64,000 nt of DNA from the human T2T-CHM13v2.0 reference genome, Homo sapiens. This document shows positions 35,152 to 52,573 of the stretch, piece by piece. The notes beneath the pieces were generated by a model that was not told the DNA's origin, did not search any database, and saw only the letters and a program-made list of their open reading frames with translations. Every line of letters starts with the position of its first letter. The stretch's first letter is position 1. The translations under genes and the position numbers were made by a program. The stretch lies in assembly GCF_009914755.1 (NCBI RefSeq), contig NC_060936.1. The stretch is one strand, 5' to 3'.

Positions 35152-36052
35152 TAGTAGACACGGGGTTTTACCATGTTGGCAAGGCTGGTCTCAAACTCCT
35201 GACCTCAATTGATCCATCCGCCTCGGCCTCCCACAGTGTTGGGATTACAGGCGTGAGCCACCGTGCCCTGCACATATCAATTATATAAAATACTAGTCCC
35301 TTTTTATCTTAAAGTGTTACTGCTACACATCCAACTTGACCAATCAGTTACTAAATTTAGAATAAACTGGTGGACATTTTTAAATGTGCACGGATACTAT
35401 CACTTAGCAAATATCTTCACCTTAGCTAATAACAAAAAGGATTTTTTTCTCCTTAGAGTGCTAAGCATGTCTGATTCGAGATTCAGCTTTATCTGTGCTT
35501 TTATGCAGCTGTGATATGACTGACATTTAGTTTAAGAATTTTAAGATAATGATCCAGTTAGAGATACAGTTCATCAACAAATATTAAGTGTCTACTGTGT
35601 GCAGTAGACACTTAAGAACATCAGGAGAAAGAAACAGCAGTTACAAAGAAGTTAGTTTACAAGAATTTCCTTTATCTAAAAGAATGTAATCTGGGCTGGG
35701 CATGGTGGCTCATGCCTGTAATTCCAGCACTCTGGGAGGCCGAGGCAGGCAGATCACTTGAGGTCAGGAGTTCGAGACCTGACCAGCCTGGTCAACACAG
35801 TGAAACACCATCTCTACTAAAAACACAAAAATTAGCCGGGCATGGTGGCGTGCCTGTAATCCCAGCTACTCCAGAGGCTGAGACAGGAGAACACCGGAAC
35901 CCAGGGGGTGAAGGTTGCAGTGAGCCGAGACTGCACCACTGCACTCCAGCCTGGGCGACAGAGTGGGACTCCGTCTCAAAACAACAAACAGTCAGGCATG
36001 GTGGCTCACGCCTGTAATTCTAGCACTTTGGTAGGCTAAGGCAGGCGGATCA

Positions 36053-36265
<213 letters not shown>

Positions 36266-36529
36266 TCAGAAACAAACAAAACAACAACAACAAAGAATGC
36301 AATCTGTACTTTTCAACACCTACCCTTCATAGGACCTTGCTTGGTAAAGTAACCCCCACTGCAAAACCTGTAGGAAGAAGATATTTACAAAGGAATGTGC
36401 AAATTATATACAAAGCCACAAAAGTCCTTTACAAAAGCAATACACAAATAATTGAGTTGGGGGGAATTAAACAACTTTCTTGATTATCACTAGTCAAATT
36501 CAGATGGTCAATTGTCTTGATTCTCACTA

Positions 36530-36874
36530 CAGGCTGAGTTTCCCGTATCTGAAACTTGGAACCAGAAGTGACTCAGGGTTTTTTGGATTTTGGAATACCT
36601 GTACATACATAATGAGATATCTTAGAGACTGGACCCAGGTCTAAACACAAAATACACTTATGTTTCATATACACCAGATACACATAGCCTGAAGATAGTT
36701 TTATACAGTACCTTAAAATGTGCATGAAACAAAGTTTTGACTGCATTTTGGACTGTGATCACTCACGTGAGGTCAAGAGTGGAATTTCCCACTTGTGGCA
36801 TCATGTCAGTGCTGAAAGTTTCAGATTTTGAACATTTCAGATTTTGAATCTTCAGATTAGGGATGCTCAACCCA
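36530..36874. mobile_element. Tigger4/MER46-like Tc1-mariner MITE
   Basis: TA|CAGGCTGAGTTTCCC...GGGATGCTCAACCC terminal inverted repeats; internal GGATTTTGGAAT repeats. Confidence 0.75.
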
Positions 36875-37011
36875 TATATGGGTGTGTTTTTTTCTTTTAA
36901 CCTTCAAGATAACCCATGAGTATCAAATGCTACCCATTATCCCTTTGTCACAATTTATAAACCAAGGCTTAGAAAAATGAAATACGGGCCAGGCGCGGTG
37001 GCTCACGCCTA

Positions 37012-37320
<309 letters not shown>

Positions 37321-37416
37321 TTACAAATTCAGAAGGTCTGACACCACATCACTCCAAGATCCTGTACTCCCAACCCTGTTCCAGTACTTTTCAAACTACT
37401 GATGACAACACATTAG

Positions 37417-37623
<207 letters not shown>

Positions 37624-38940
37624 TAGTACAGACAGGGTTTCACCGTGCTAGCCAGGATGGTCTCCATCTCCCGACCTCGTGATCAGCCCGCCTCAGCCTC
37701 CCAAAGTGCTGGGATTACAGGCGTGAGCCACCGCACCCAGCCTACTGTATCAGCATTTTAAAATAGCTCAGTATAGGCTGAGTGCGGTGGCTCACTCCTG
37801 TAATCCCAGCACTTTGGGAGGCCAAGATGAGATCACTTGAAGCCAGGAGTTCGAGACCAGCCTGGCCAACATATACACTGGCCAACATATACATATATGT
37901 CTCTACTAAATACACAAAAAAGGTAGCTGGGCGTGGTGGCACACACCTGTAATCCCAGTTACTTGAGATGCTGAGGTGGGAGAATCACTTGAACCCAGGA
38001 GGTGGAGGTTGCCAAGATCGCACTCGTGCACTCCAGACTGGGCAACAGAGTGAGACTCCGTCTCAAAAAAAAAAAAAAAGATATATATATAGTTGTATGG
38101 GTATATGTATACTAGGTCACAATGTAAACCGCATTTCTTACTGTGGGATGCAATAAAAATATTTGAAAAGCATGACTCTGATCTATATATTGCCTCCCAA
38201 TAAATAAGTTAATTTGATAGGTTTCATACCATATCTTATTCATAAAAGAGAATTCCTGATCTTTAAGAGCCCATCCTTTCCACTTAAGGAAATTTCAGTG
38301 GTATCCCTAAGGTTGTCTTAACACTTGGTGAGTTCAAGCCACAACAAATTGCATCTGTCAATCAGCATATAAAAACAAAGACAACTGCAAAAACTTTAGG
38401 ATTACATCATTTTAGATAGTTATTAATTGGTATTTAATGCTAAAGTAATTACTCTTAAAAATTATCTTTGGCCAGGCATGGTAGCTCAAGCCTGTAATCC
38501 CAGCAGTTTGGGAGGCCAAGCTGGTTGGTCACCTGAGGTCAGGAGTTCGAGACCAGCCTGGCCAACGTGATGAAACCCTGTATCTACTAAAAACACACAA
38601 AAAAATTAGCCAGGTATGGTGGTGGGCGCCTGTTAATCCCAGCTACTTGGGAGGCTGAGGCAGGAGAATCGCTTGAATCTGGGAGGCGGAGCTTGCAGGT
38701 GAGCCAAGGTTGCACCATTGCACTCCAGCCTCGGTGACAAGAGTGAAACACCATCTCAAAAAAAAAAAAAATGTATCTTTACACCAACTTTAGAAAGGCA
38801 AAGCATGGGAACCCACAGAGCCTCATGGAATGTGAGGTTACTCAGTAGGACTAGCCCTGAGTGTTCTCCATCTTCACAGGTGGCAAGTCACAAATCGAAG
38901 CTCAATTTAGATGCTAAGAAATGCCTAAACATATCTGTAG

Positions 38941-39069
<129 letters not shown>

Positions 39070-39536
39070 TAAGCCTCCAGAGTAGCTGGGATTATAGGTG
39101 CGGATCACCACACCCAGCTAATTTTTTGTATTTTTAGTAGACAGGGGTTTCATCGTGTTAGCCAGGATGGTATGGATCTCCTCACCTCGTGATCCACCAG
39201 CCTCGGCCCCCTCAAAGTGCTGGGATTACAGGCGTGCACCACCAAGCTTGGCCGAGACAAACCACTTTTTAAAGCATAAAATGAATCTGCATGCTGCCCC
39301 TTTTTCAACAGTATTTTCAGTAAGGCACTTAAAACCTACAGGTTGGGCACAGTGGCTCACACGTGTAATCCCAGCATTTTGGGACGCCAAGGCAGGCAGA
39401 TCACGAGGTCAGGAGATCGAGACCATCCTGGCCAACATGGTGAAGCCCCATCCCTATTAAAAATGCAAAAATTGGCCGGGCACAGTGGCTCACGCCTATA
39501 ATCCCAGCACTTTGGAAGGCCGAGGCAGGCGGATCA

Positions 39537-39836
<300 letters not shown>

Positions 39837-39844
39837 TCATCTCA

Positions 39845-40156
<312 letters not shown>

Positions 40157-40346
40157 TCACTTGAACCAAGGAGCGGGAGGTTGCAGTGAGCTCAGATCAC
40201 CCCACTGCACTCCAGCCTGGTGACAGAGCAAGACAGTCTAAAAAAAAAAAAAAAAAAATACAAAATTGCCTGACATATAACCGCATTCAATGAATGAATG
40301 AATGAATAGTAGGCCACTAACTCAGTGTCTCCCCTTCAGCAACTAA

Positions 40347-40448
<102 letters not shown>

Positions 40449-40761
40449 TGAGACCAGCCTGGCCAATATGGTGAAACCCCGTGTCTACTAAAAATACGAA
40501 AATTAGCCGGGCATGGTGGCACGCGCCTGTAGTCCCAGCTATTTGGGAGGCTGAGGCAGAATAACCGTTTTAACCCAGGAGGCGGAGGAATGCAGTGAGC
40601 CAAGGTTATGACACCGCACTCCAGCCTGGGCGAGAGAGCGAGACTCCACCTCAAAAAAAAAAGATTCTGCTGGGCGTGGTGGCTCACGCCTGCAATCCCA
40701 GCACTTTGGGAGGCCGAGGCAAGCGGATCACGAGGTCAGGAGATCGAGACTATCCTGGCTA

Positions 40762-41323
<562 letters not shown>

Positions 41324-43270
41324 TCATGCCTGTAATCCCACCACTTCGGGAAGCGGAGGCCAGAAGATTGCTTGAGGCCAGTAGCTGCCTCCCAACATGG
41401 TGAGACCCCCGCCTCTCAACAAAAAAATTAAAAAAAAAAAAATTAGCTGCTGTAGTGGTGCACATCTGTAGTCCCAGCTACTCCGGAGGCTGAAGTGGGA
41501 CGATCGCTTGAGCCCAGGAGTTCAAGCTGCAGTGAGCTATGACCACGTCACTGCACTTCAGCTTGAGCAACAGAGTGGGACCCTGTCTCAAAAATTTAAA
41601 AATAGCATAAATATTCCAAACGCAATTATATGGAATAAGTTGGAATGGAAGATAAAAAGCAGAAGCCAGAGAAAAAAAGTAAAGTCGTCTCCCATCGGAA
41701 AAATTTTGGAAACAACTTCTTTAAAAGATGAGAGAAAATGTTCCCTTGCTTGCAAAATTAATGTCCCACTCAAGTCACCAGTAGGAAATTCTGCTATCTT
41801 CTGTGCAACGATGATAGCTTTCCCTACGCTTATGAAAATCAATTCTGATTGCTAGAAAATATGGTGGAAAATAGAATCCCTCTGTACTGTCAGCTCGCAG
41901 AATTATCTGAAAGTGTTAAGTCAATTCCTGCTAGGGCACTCCGGATGACAGTTCTCTGCACCCTTCTGGATGACTCTTTAGAAACCATATTCCATCCCTA
42001 ATTCTGGCTGTCTAGAATATATGAAACATTTAACTCAACATAAAATGATAATAGCCAACTTTCAAAGGTCAAAGGGGACCAGTTTATAACCTTCCCTCAA
42101 CACGTGTTCAGTACAAACTTCCGGGTGCACTTACAATTGGCTGCGCAATTCAATGGATAAAAACGTTGCTTTATTTGTCTCTCATTTTCTGGCCCGTTCT
42201 TTTCCCACGTTTCTCAACCAGCGACTCCCCAAAACAAAAGCCTCCCACAGTAAACCGAGCACGCACATAAAAAGAGCTTCTCTGTGCGAGGATCAAGTTA
42301 GTGGTCCGCAAACATTAACCAAACAGAAGCACAAAGCAGGGGTGGGAAGGGGAGGAGCTGGATGCCAGGGTCAGGAAAGAAACAATCAGAAGGGTTTAGG
42401 AACATCCAAATCTCCTCAGCGGTTAAACCGACCCCAAACCACTTCTGGGAAACCACCGGTATCCACTGCTTTGGGGAACTCTGGATGCTCGTTATGCCAA
42501 ACGCTCTCAAAGTAAGCAAATCCCCAACTGCCGTTCCCCTCCATGGGTAATTCTTAGGGTCTGGGAGGTGAGCTCGCCCGCCGAGGCAGAACTAAGCGAG
42601 TCGCCTGGAGAGGCGTGAAGGGAGCCTGCACGTGTCCCCCGCGGCTTCCCCACCGCCCCAAGAGCGGGGCATGTACGAGACCGCGCTGTGGGGTTCAGAT
42701 TTAGGAAGGACGACCGCGTCGCCTGCCTCCCTCCCTCGCCCAGAGCCGGGAGCAATGCTGGGGCACGAAAGAGGACTTGGGAAGGATCCGGTCCTTACTT
42801 TCCCCGCGGGTCCCGGACCCGCAGCCCCCGGGTTGTGAGGCGGAAGCCAAAGGGGCGAACCCAGCGGAGCCGGCGTGCACAGACCCTGCCCCGCGGTCCA
42901 AGAGGGGTGCCTCCGGCCCGGGACAGCGGGGCTCCCGGAGCCCGAAAGCCCCACGAGCGGCGACAGCGGGGCCCGGCGCTGACGAACAGAGGAAGCGAGT
43001 ACAACGGCGCCGCCGTCGGGAACATGCCCCCGAGGGCCCCGGAGCGCGCGGCGGCGGGGGGCGGCAAGCGGCGAGGGAGGCCCCAAGCCGGGGCGAGGTG
43101 GCTGTCCCCCCAGCCTGGCCCCGCACGGCCCCCCGAGGAGGGTGGGAGTGGGAGGCTGTCCGGGAGGGGGAGTGTGGAAGGAGAAAAGGGCCAAGGGAAG
43201 GACTTACTTTCCCCGCGGGACCCGGCGCCAGGACAGCTCCTCCCGGGAGGTGTGAGTTTGAAGGACCAGA

Positions 43271-43350
43271 GGCGACTGGAGCGGAGGCGGCGGTGGCGGC
43301 GGCAGCAGCGGCGTCCTGCTCTGCCTACCTCCCCGCCGCCATCTTGACGC
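43271..43350 (-). ncRNA. MIR8072: MIR8072 hairpin overlapping SBNO1 exon 1
   Basis: Minus strand 43340-43321 reads GGCGGCGGGGAGGUAGGCAG, which I recall as mature miR-8072; it can pair with the downstream GCUGCCGCCGCC arm. Identification is from memory and it may not be a genuine miRNA. Confidence 0.6.
43325..43342 (-). other. uORF M-A-A-G-R-stop in a perfect TISU context (CAAGATGGCGGC)
   Basis: ATG GCG GCG GGG AGG TAG read directly; matches the TISU consensus SAASATGGCGGC. Confidence 0.7.
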
Positions 43351-45125
43351 CCCTCCCCCAGCCCCCCCGCCCCGCCGGGAGGGGCGGGGGAGGGGCAACG
43401 GATGAGGCGCCGCGCGCACGCAGCGCCCTCACGTGACTTCCTCCCTCCTCCCCCACCCGCCTCTCTGCGCCCCTCTCCGCCCCGCCTCCCTCCTAGGTGA
43501 AGGAAGATGATTTCCCCCCCATCTTGACCACCCCCCAGTCTTCGCCGCCAAAAACGGACTCCGCCGGCTATCCTCGGCCCGGTACCAGTTGTTGGATCCA
43601 AGAGAATTCCGGAACCCAAACGGTCCATTACCGCGGCTCTGGGGTGGGCGAGGGGTGAGGGGGCCGGGTTTCCGCGAAGGGGGAGGGGGAAGGCGAAGGC
43701 CACCTAGGAGAGTCACGTGACTACTGTTTCCGCAGGCGCTCACGGAGAGCTCGCGGTAATTCCGTTTCCCCGCCCTTTTTTCCCCGCGGCCTGTCGGGAA
43801 GAAGGTCCGCGTGCCAGGGCTATCGGGAGGTCGGCCGGAGGGCCGCGCGCATGCGCCCCGCGCCTGCTTTCAAACTCCGGCTAGGAAGGGCCTGGAGCTA
43901 TTTTCAGAACCTGTTAGGGTGGGGAGCTACGGCCCAGGAAGTTACCTAGCAGCGTTTCTGTCACTTGGAAGATCTCTTCATTACCTAGTTAGTCCTAGAA
44001 ACAAAATGTTTACATATTCATTGCTTGTTAGGCTCGCTCAAAGCACTTTATTGGCAGTGAAACCGCAAGTAACCCGGAGCCCTCGGCGCGACCACGGCTA
44101 GAATCAGAGCCTAAGGCGTGTGAGCTCGGCCATCCCACGTCTGTCTTCACGCTCATCCGCAAGCCCGACACACCGGGGCTCCCACTTAATGAATACTGAA
44201 GAGTAGGGCTGTCCCTACCGCTTCTCACTTCCTTGTTTTCATCTTTTCGTTATTATTAAGCGACCTAACACAATAAACATATTACCTTGTTGGTAACCCT
44301 TTTGTAAAGTCATTCTGAAAGTGCTGTTTGACTCCGTTGCTTGGGTAATAAGCACGCCTGGGTGATTCTTGCCCCCTACTGGCTGCGCATCCTACAAGCC
44401 TAGTGCTGAAAGCAAACCAAGTAGCTGGAACAGTTGGAGGTTACAGTGTGAACTCTTCCAGAGACAAAGTATTCGGGGAAAGAAAGGAAAAAGTAGGCAC
44501 AGAAAGAATAGGAAACTTCAGTGTTTGTACACATAGATATGTATTATATATCTATGTATACATTTATAAATATTTTTAAAGTGCTAACTAATCGCTTTAC
44601 TAATTACATTATTTCATTTAATCCTCTCACACACATAGAAAAAAAACCTATAAAGACAAAAATAAAAAATATTTTAGGCCGGGCGCAGTGGCTCACGCCT
44701 GTAATCCCAGCACTTCGGGAGGCCGAGGTGGGCGGACCACCTGAGGTCAGGAGTTCGAGACCAGCCTGGCCAACATGGTGAAACCCCATCTCTGCTAAAA
44801 ATACAAAATTTAGCTGGGGCTTGGTGGCGGGCACCTGTAATCCCAGCTACTCTGGAGGCTGAGGCAGGAGAATCGCTTGAACTCGAGACGGAGGTTGCAG
44901 TGAGCCGAGATCGTGCCATTGCACTGCAGCCTGGGCGACAGAGCGAGAATCCGACTCAAAAACAAAAAACAAAAAAAACCTTAGGCACAGGCCAGGTGTG
45001 GTGGCTCACGCCTGTAATCCCAACACTTTGGGAGGCTGAAACGGGGATCTCAGCCAGGAGTTTGAGACCAGACTTGGGTAACAAAGTGCAACCTCATCTC
45101 GACAAAAAAACATTTTTCTTTTTGA

Positions 45126-45275
<150 letters not shown>

Positions 45276-45558
45276 TAGTGGAGACGGGGTTTCACCGTGG
45301 TCTCGATCTCCTGACCTCGTGATCCACCCATCTCGGCCTCCCAAAGTGCTGGGATTACAGGCGTGAGCCACCGCGCCCGGCCCAACAAAAAACTTTTAAT
45401 TAGCCAAGTGTGATATATAGTCCCAGCTACTCAGGAGGCTAAGGTAGGAGAATCACTTGATTGCCCAGAAGTTTGAGGCTACAGTGAGCTATAATCGTGC
45501 CACTGCACCAGCCTGGGTAACAAAGCGAAACTATTTTTTTAATTTTTTTTTTTTTTGA

Positions 45559-45666
<108 letters not shown>

Positions 45667-45827
45667 TGAGTAGCTGGGATTACAGGTGCCCACCACCACG
45701 CCCGGCTAATTTTTTGTATTTTTAGTAGAAACGGCGTTTCACCATGTTAGCCAGGCTGGTCTCGAACTCCTGACCTCAGGTGATATGCCCGCCTCAGCCT
45801 CCCAAAGTGCTGGGATTACATGCGTGA

Positions 45828-46331
<504 letters not shown>

Positions 46332-46438
46332 TGAGGGTGAGGGACCTTTGGGACATCCTATTGGAGATACTTAGGAAGCAATTGAATCCTACAGCTTGGG
46401 GATCCAGATGGGGATTAATGTGAGACGGGATAAAACTA

Positions 46439-46751
<313 letters not shown>

Positions 46752-48726
46752 CTAGGAGAGAATGCAGAGAGGAGAGCCAGGGGCAGAGCTGAGGTTCTGT
46801 GTCTAAGAAGTGAGCACCAGGCCAGGTGTGGTGGCTCACGTCTGTAATCCCAGCACTTTCGGAGGCCAAGGTGGGTGGATCATGAGGTCAGGAGTTTGAG
46901 ACCAGCCTGGCCAACAAGGTGAAACCCTGTCTCTACTAAAAATACAAAAAATTAGCCGGGTGTGGTGGTGCACACCTGTAATCCCAGCTACTCAGGAGGT
47001 TGAGGCAGGAGAATCACTTGAACACAGGTGGCGGAAATTACAGTGAGTGGAGATGGTGCCATTGCACTCCAGCCTGGGCAACAGAGCAAGACTCTGTCTC
47101 AGCAACAACAACAAAAAAGAAATGAGCACCGGGCCGGGCACAGTGGCTCACGCCTGTATCCCAGCACTTTGGGAGGCCAAGATGGCAGGATCACGAGGTC
47201 AAGAGATCGAGACCATCCTGTCCAACATGGTGAAATCCCGTCTCTACTAAAAATACAAAAATTAGCTGGGTGTGGTGGTGTGTGCCTGTAATCCCAGCTA
47301 CTCAGGAGGCTGAGGTAGGAGAATCACTTCAACTCAGGAGGTGGAGGTTGCAGTGAGCCAAGATCGAACCACTGCACTCCAGCCTGGTGACAGAGCCAGA
47401 CTCCTCAAAAAAAAAAAAAGAAAGAAAGAAAGTGAGCACCCAGTGAGCATGAGAAAGGTCAATCAGAGAGGTCAAAGCAGAATCAAGGAGAGATTATATC
47501 ATGGATGCAAGGGAGTAGTCATCCCAGCAACACTTCTTCACCCTGGCAGCTGCACTTCTATGCAATAGCATCAACTATACCCAGTTTGCAGTTTTCCACA
47601 CACTCGCTGAATTAGCCTCATCACACCAAATCCTTCCCTGAGACACCAGGAGCAATCAGAGCCCCCATAAAGGTCACCCTCTAATTCAGAGACACTAGCA
47701 CCAGCGATGTCTAATGCAGCAGAGAGCACCAGTGTGTGGCTGAAGCATCTATTGGATTATTCAAGATGGCAAACACTGTGGTAGACAGTTGTTTTTGACT
47801 GCCCAGAATCTATGGTTCTTTCTTCAGAGAGCCGCATCTTAGTTTTATCTCCCTCTCTCAAAGTCCATGTGGTTTGGAGAGCACTAACCATGTCTCATGC
47901 ACATCACTCCAGATTGAGTGTGCAAGCCAGGTCTAGCTGATTAGAATACTGGATCCACAGCCATAGTGATCCGATTTGGTGCCGGGCCAGTGAGTCGCAG
48001 TTCTAATACTTTGCATTGAAAATATCAGGAAAAAGATACTCTCTTGCCTCTGATGTTGCTAAGACAGTGTTGGGAAGTTGGGGCAGAGGCCCTGTGGGGC
48101 AGGAGGCCACGCTGATAATGAGATCAACCCAGAAAACAGCAGGGCAAAGGAGTAGGTGGGGTGGGGAGGGACTGGATTCTGATGACATCTGCTGAGTCCT
48201 GGGACCCTGTCAAACCTGAAGCGATTTCTAACCCTGAGCTTTTTTGGTTTTTCAGTTTTCTTTTTTTTTTTTTTTTTTTTCAGACGGAGTCTCACTCCAT
48301 TGCTCAGACTGAAGTGCAGTGGCATGAACTCAGCTCACTGCAACATCTGCCTCCTGGATTTAAGCAATTCTCTGTCTCAGCCTCCCAAGTAGCTGGGACT
48401 ACAGGCACCTGCCATCATGCCTGGCTAATTTTTGTATTTTTAGTAGAGACGGGGTTTCACCTTGTTGGTCAGGCAGGAGGTCTCAAACTCCTGACCTCAG
48501 GTGATCCACCCACCTCGACCTCCCAAAGTGCTAGGATTACAGGTGTGAGCCACCGCGCCTGGCCCTGGTTTTCTTTTTATAGAGACAAGGTCTCACCATG
48601 TTGCCCAGGCTGGTCTCTAACTCCTGGGCTCAAGTGATCCTACTACTCTGGCCTCTGAAAGTGCTGGGATTACAGGTGGGAACCACTGTGCTCAGCCTTA
48701 ACTTTTTTGATATAAGAGTCAATACA

Positions 48727-48890
48727 GGGGGGAAGGGGGAGGGGAGGGATAGCATTAGGAGATATACCTAATGTAAATGACGAGTTAATGGGTGCAGCAC
48801 ACCAACATAGAGCATGTATACCTATGTAACAAACCTGCATGTTGTGCACATGTACCCTAGAACTTAAAGTATAGTAAAAAAAAAAAAAAA
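48727..48890 (+). mobile_element. 5'-truncated primate L1 (L1PA) 3' end with poly(A)
   Basis: GGGAGGGATAGCATTAGGAGATATACCTAATGTAAATGACGAGTTAATGGGTGCAGCACACC...AACTTAAAGTATA plus A-tail; flanked by AAGAGTCAATACA at 48714-48726 and 48891-48903. Confidence 0.9.
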
Positions 48891-48929
48891 AAGAGTCAAT
48901 ACAAAAATAAAAAGAAAAAACAAGAGTCA

Positions 48930-49091
<162 letters not shown>

Positions 49092-49245
49092 TCACGCCTT
49101 TAATCCCAGCACTTTGTGAGACTGAGGCGGGTGGATCACGAGGTCAGAAGTTCAAGACCAGCCTGGCCAAGATGGTGAAACCCCGTCTCTACTAAAAATA
49201 CAAAAATTAGCCAGGCACGATGGCAAGCACCTGTAATCCCAGCTA

Positions 49246-49497
<252 letters not shown>

Positions 49498-49500
49498 CTA

Positions 49501-51362
<1,862 letters not shown>

Positions 51363-52177
51363 AATTAAAAGTCAATACCTTCCCTTATTTTCTTGAATCA
51401 GATTGAGTTGAGTTTCCCTTGTATGCAATCCAAAACAATCCGGAACAATACAGATACTAACTAAATTACAATGTTGAAAGTTTCAATTATACATTTAAAT
51501 TAAGCTTTACAAGTTTTTATCGGCCCCAATTATCTACCTTTTTTGAGTATGGACTGATATTAACTCAAATTGTCCCAAGAAAGTAGGCTTTCCCACTGTC
51601 TGTTGTCTGTTGCCCAGGCTGAACTGGAGCACAGTGGCGCGATCATAGCACCTGTAGTCCCAACTACTCGAGACCCTGCCTCAAAAAAAAAAGTTAGAGA
51701 CCATCCTGGCCAACATGGTGAAACCCCGTCTGTATGTACTAAAAATACAAATATTAACCAGGCATGGTGGCATGCACATGTGATCCCAGCTACTCGGGTG
51801 GCTGAGGCAAGAGTAGCTGGGATCACAAAATCGCTTGAACCTGGGAGGCAGAGGTTGCAATGAGCCGAGATCATGCCACCAGGCAACAGAGTGAGACTCT
51901 GTCTCAAAAAAACAAACAAACAAACAAAAAAACAAAACCCATGGACGATTTTTATGTTTTTATAATGGAAACATTGCTGTTAATGTTTGTAAACTTTCCC
52001 TTAAAAAATCACATTTAAAATATCTAAACACTTTGTTTTGTTTTTTGAGACAGGGTCTTGCTCTGTCACCCAGGCTGGAAGAAGTGGTGAGATCATGGCT
52101 CACTGCAGCCTCGAACTCAGGGGCTCAAGCAATCATTTCAACCTCAGCCTCCTGAGTAACTGGGACTACCGGGCTAA

Positions 52178-52573
<396 letters not shown>

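Larger units (their letters stand above)
43208..43354 (-). other. SBNO1: SBNO1 first exon (5' UTR); 5' boundary approximate
   Basis: Lies in the CpG island. Ends at a strong donor GGGAAA|GTAAGT (intron starts 43207). Splicing to exon 2 gives GAAA|ATGG, a strong Kozak context. TSS is inferred from the YY1/TISU motif and upstream GC boxes, not seen directly. Confidence 0.75.
42570..43870. promoter_or_regulatory. SBNO1 promoter CpG island
   Basis: Very GC- and CpG-rich and Alu-free. Contains YY1 CCGCCATCTTG (43336-43346), E-boxes CACGTGAC (43430-43437) and GTCACGTGAC (43712-43721), NRF1 GCGCATGCGC (43847-43856) and GC boxes. Confidence 0.9.

Noticed and set aside
43323-43331. Alternative donor GAG|GTAGGC overlapping the uORF stop, which could fuse the TISU ATG to exon 2
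   Set aside because: It leaves 14 coding nt (phase 2), so joining to exon 2 is out of frame and stops within that exon; it does not produce an extended protein.
42592-43743. Long overlapping ORFs (200-302 aa) on both strands at the SBNO1 promoter
   Set aside because: Stop-poor GC-rich CpG island; low-complexity Pro/Gly/Arg products open in several frames at once, mostly from non-ATG starts.
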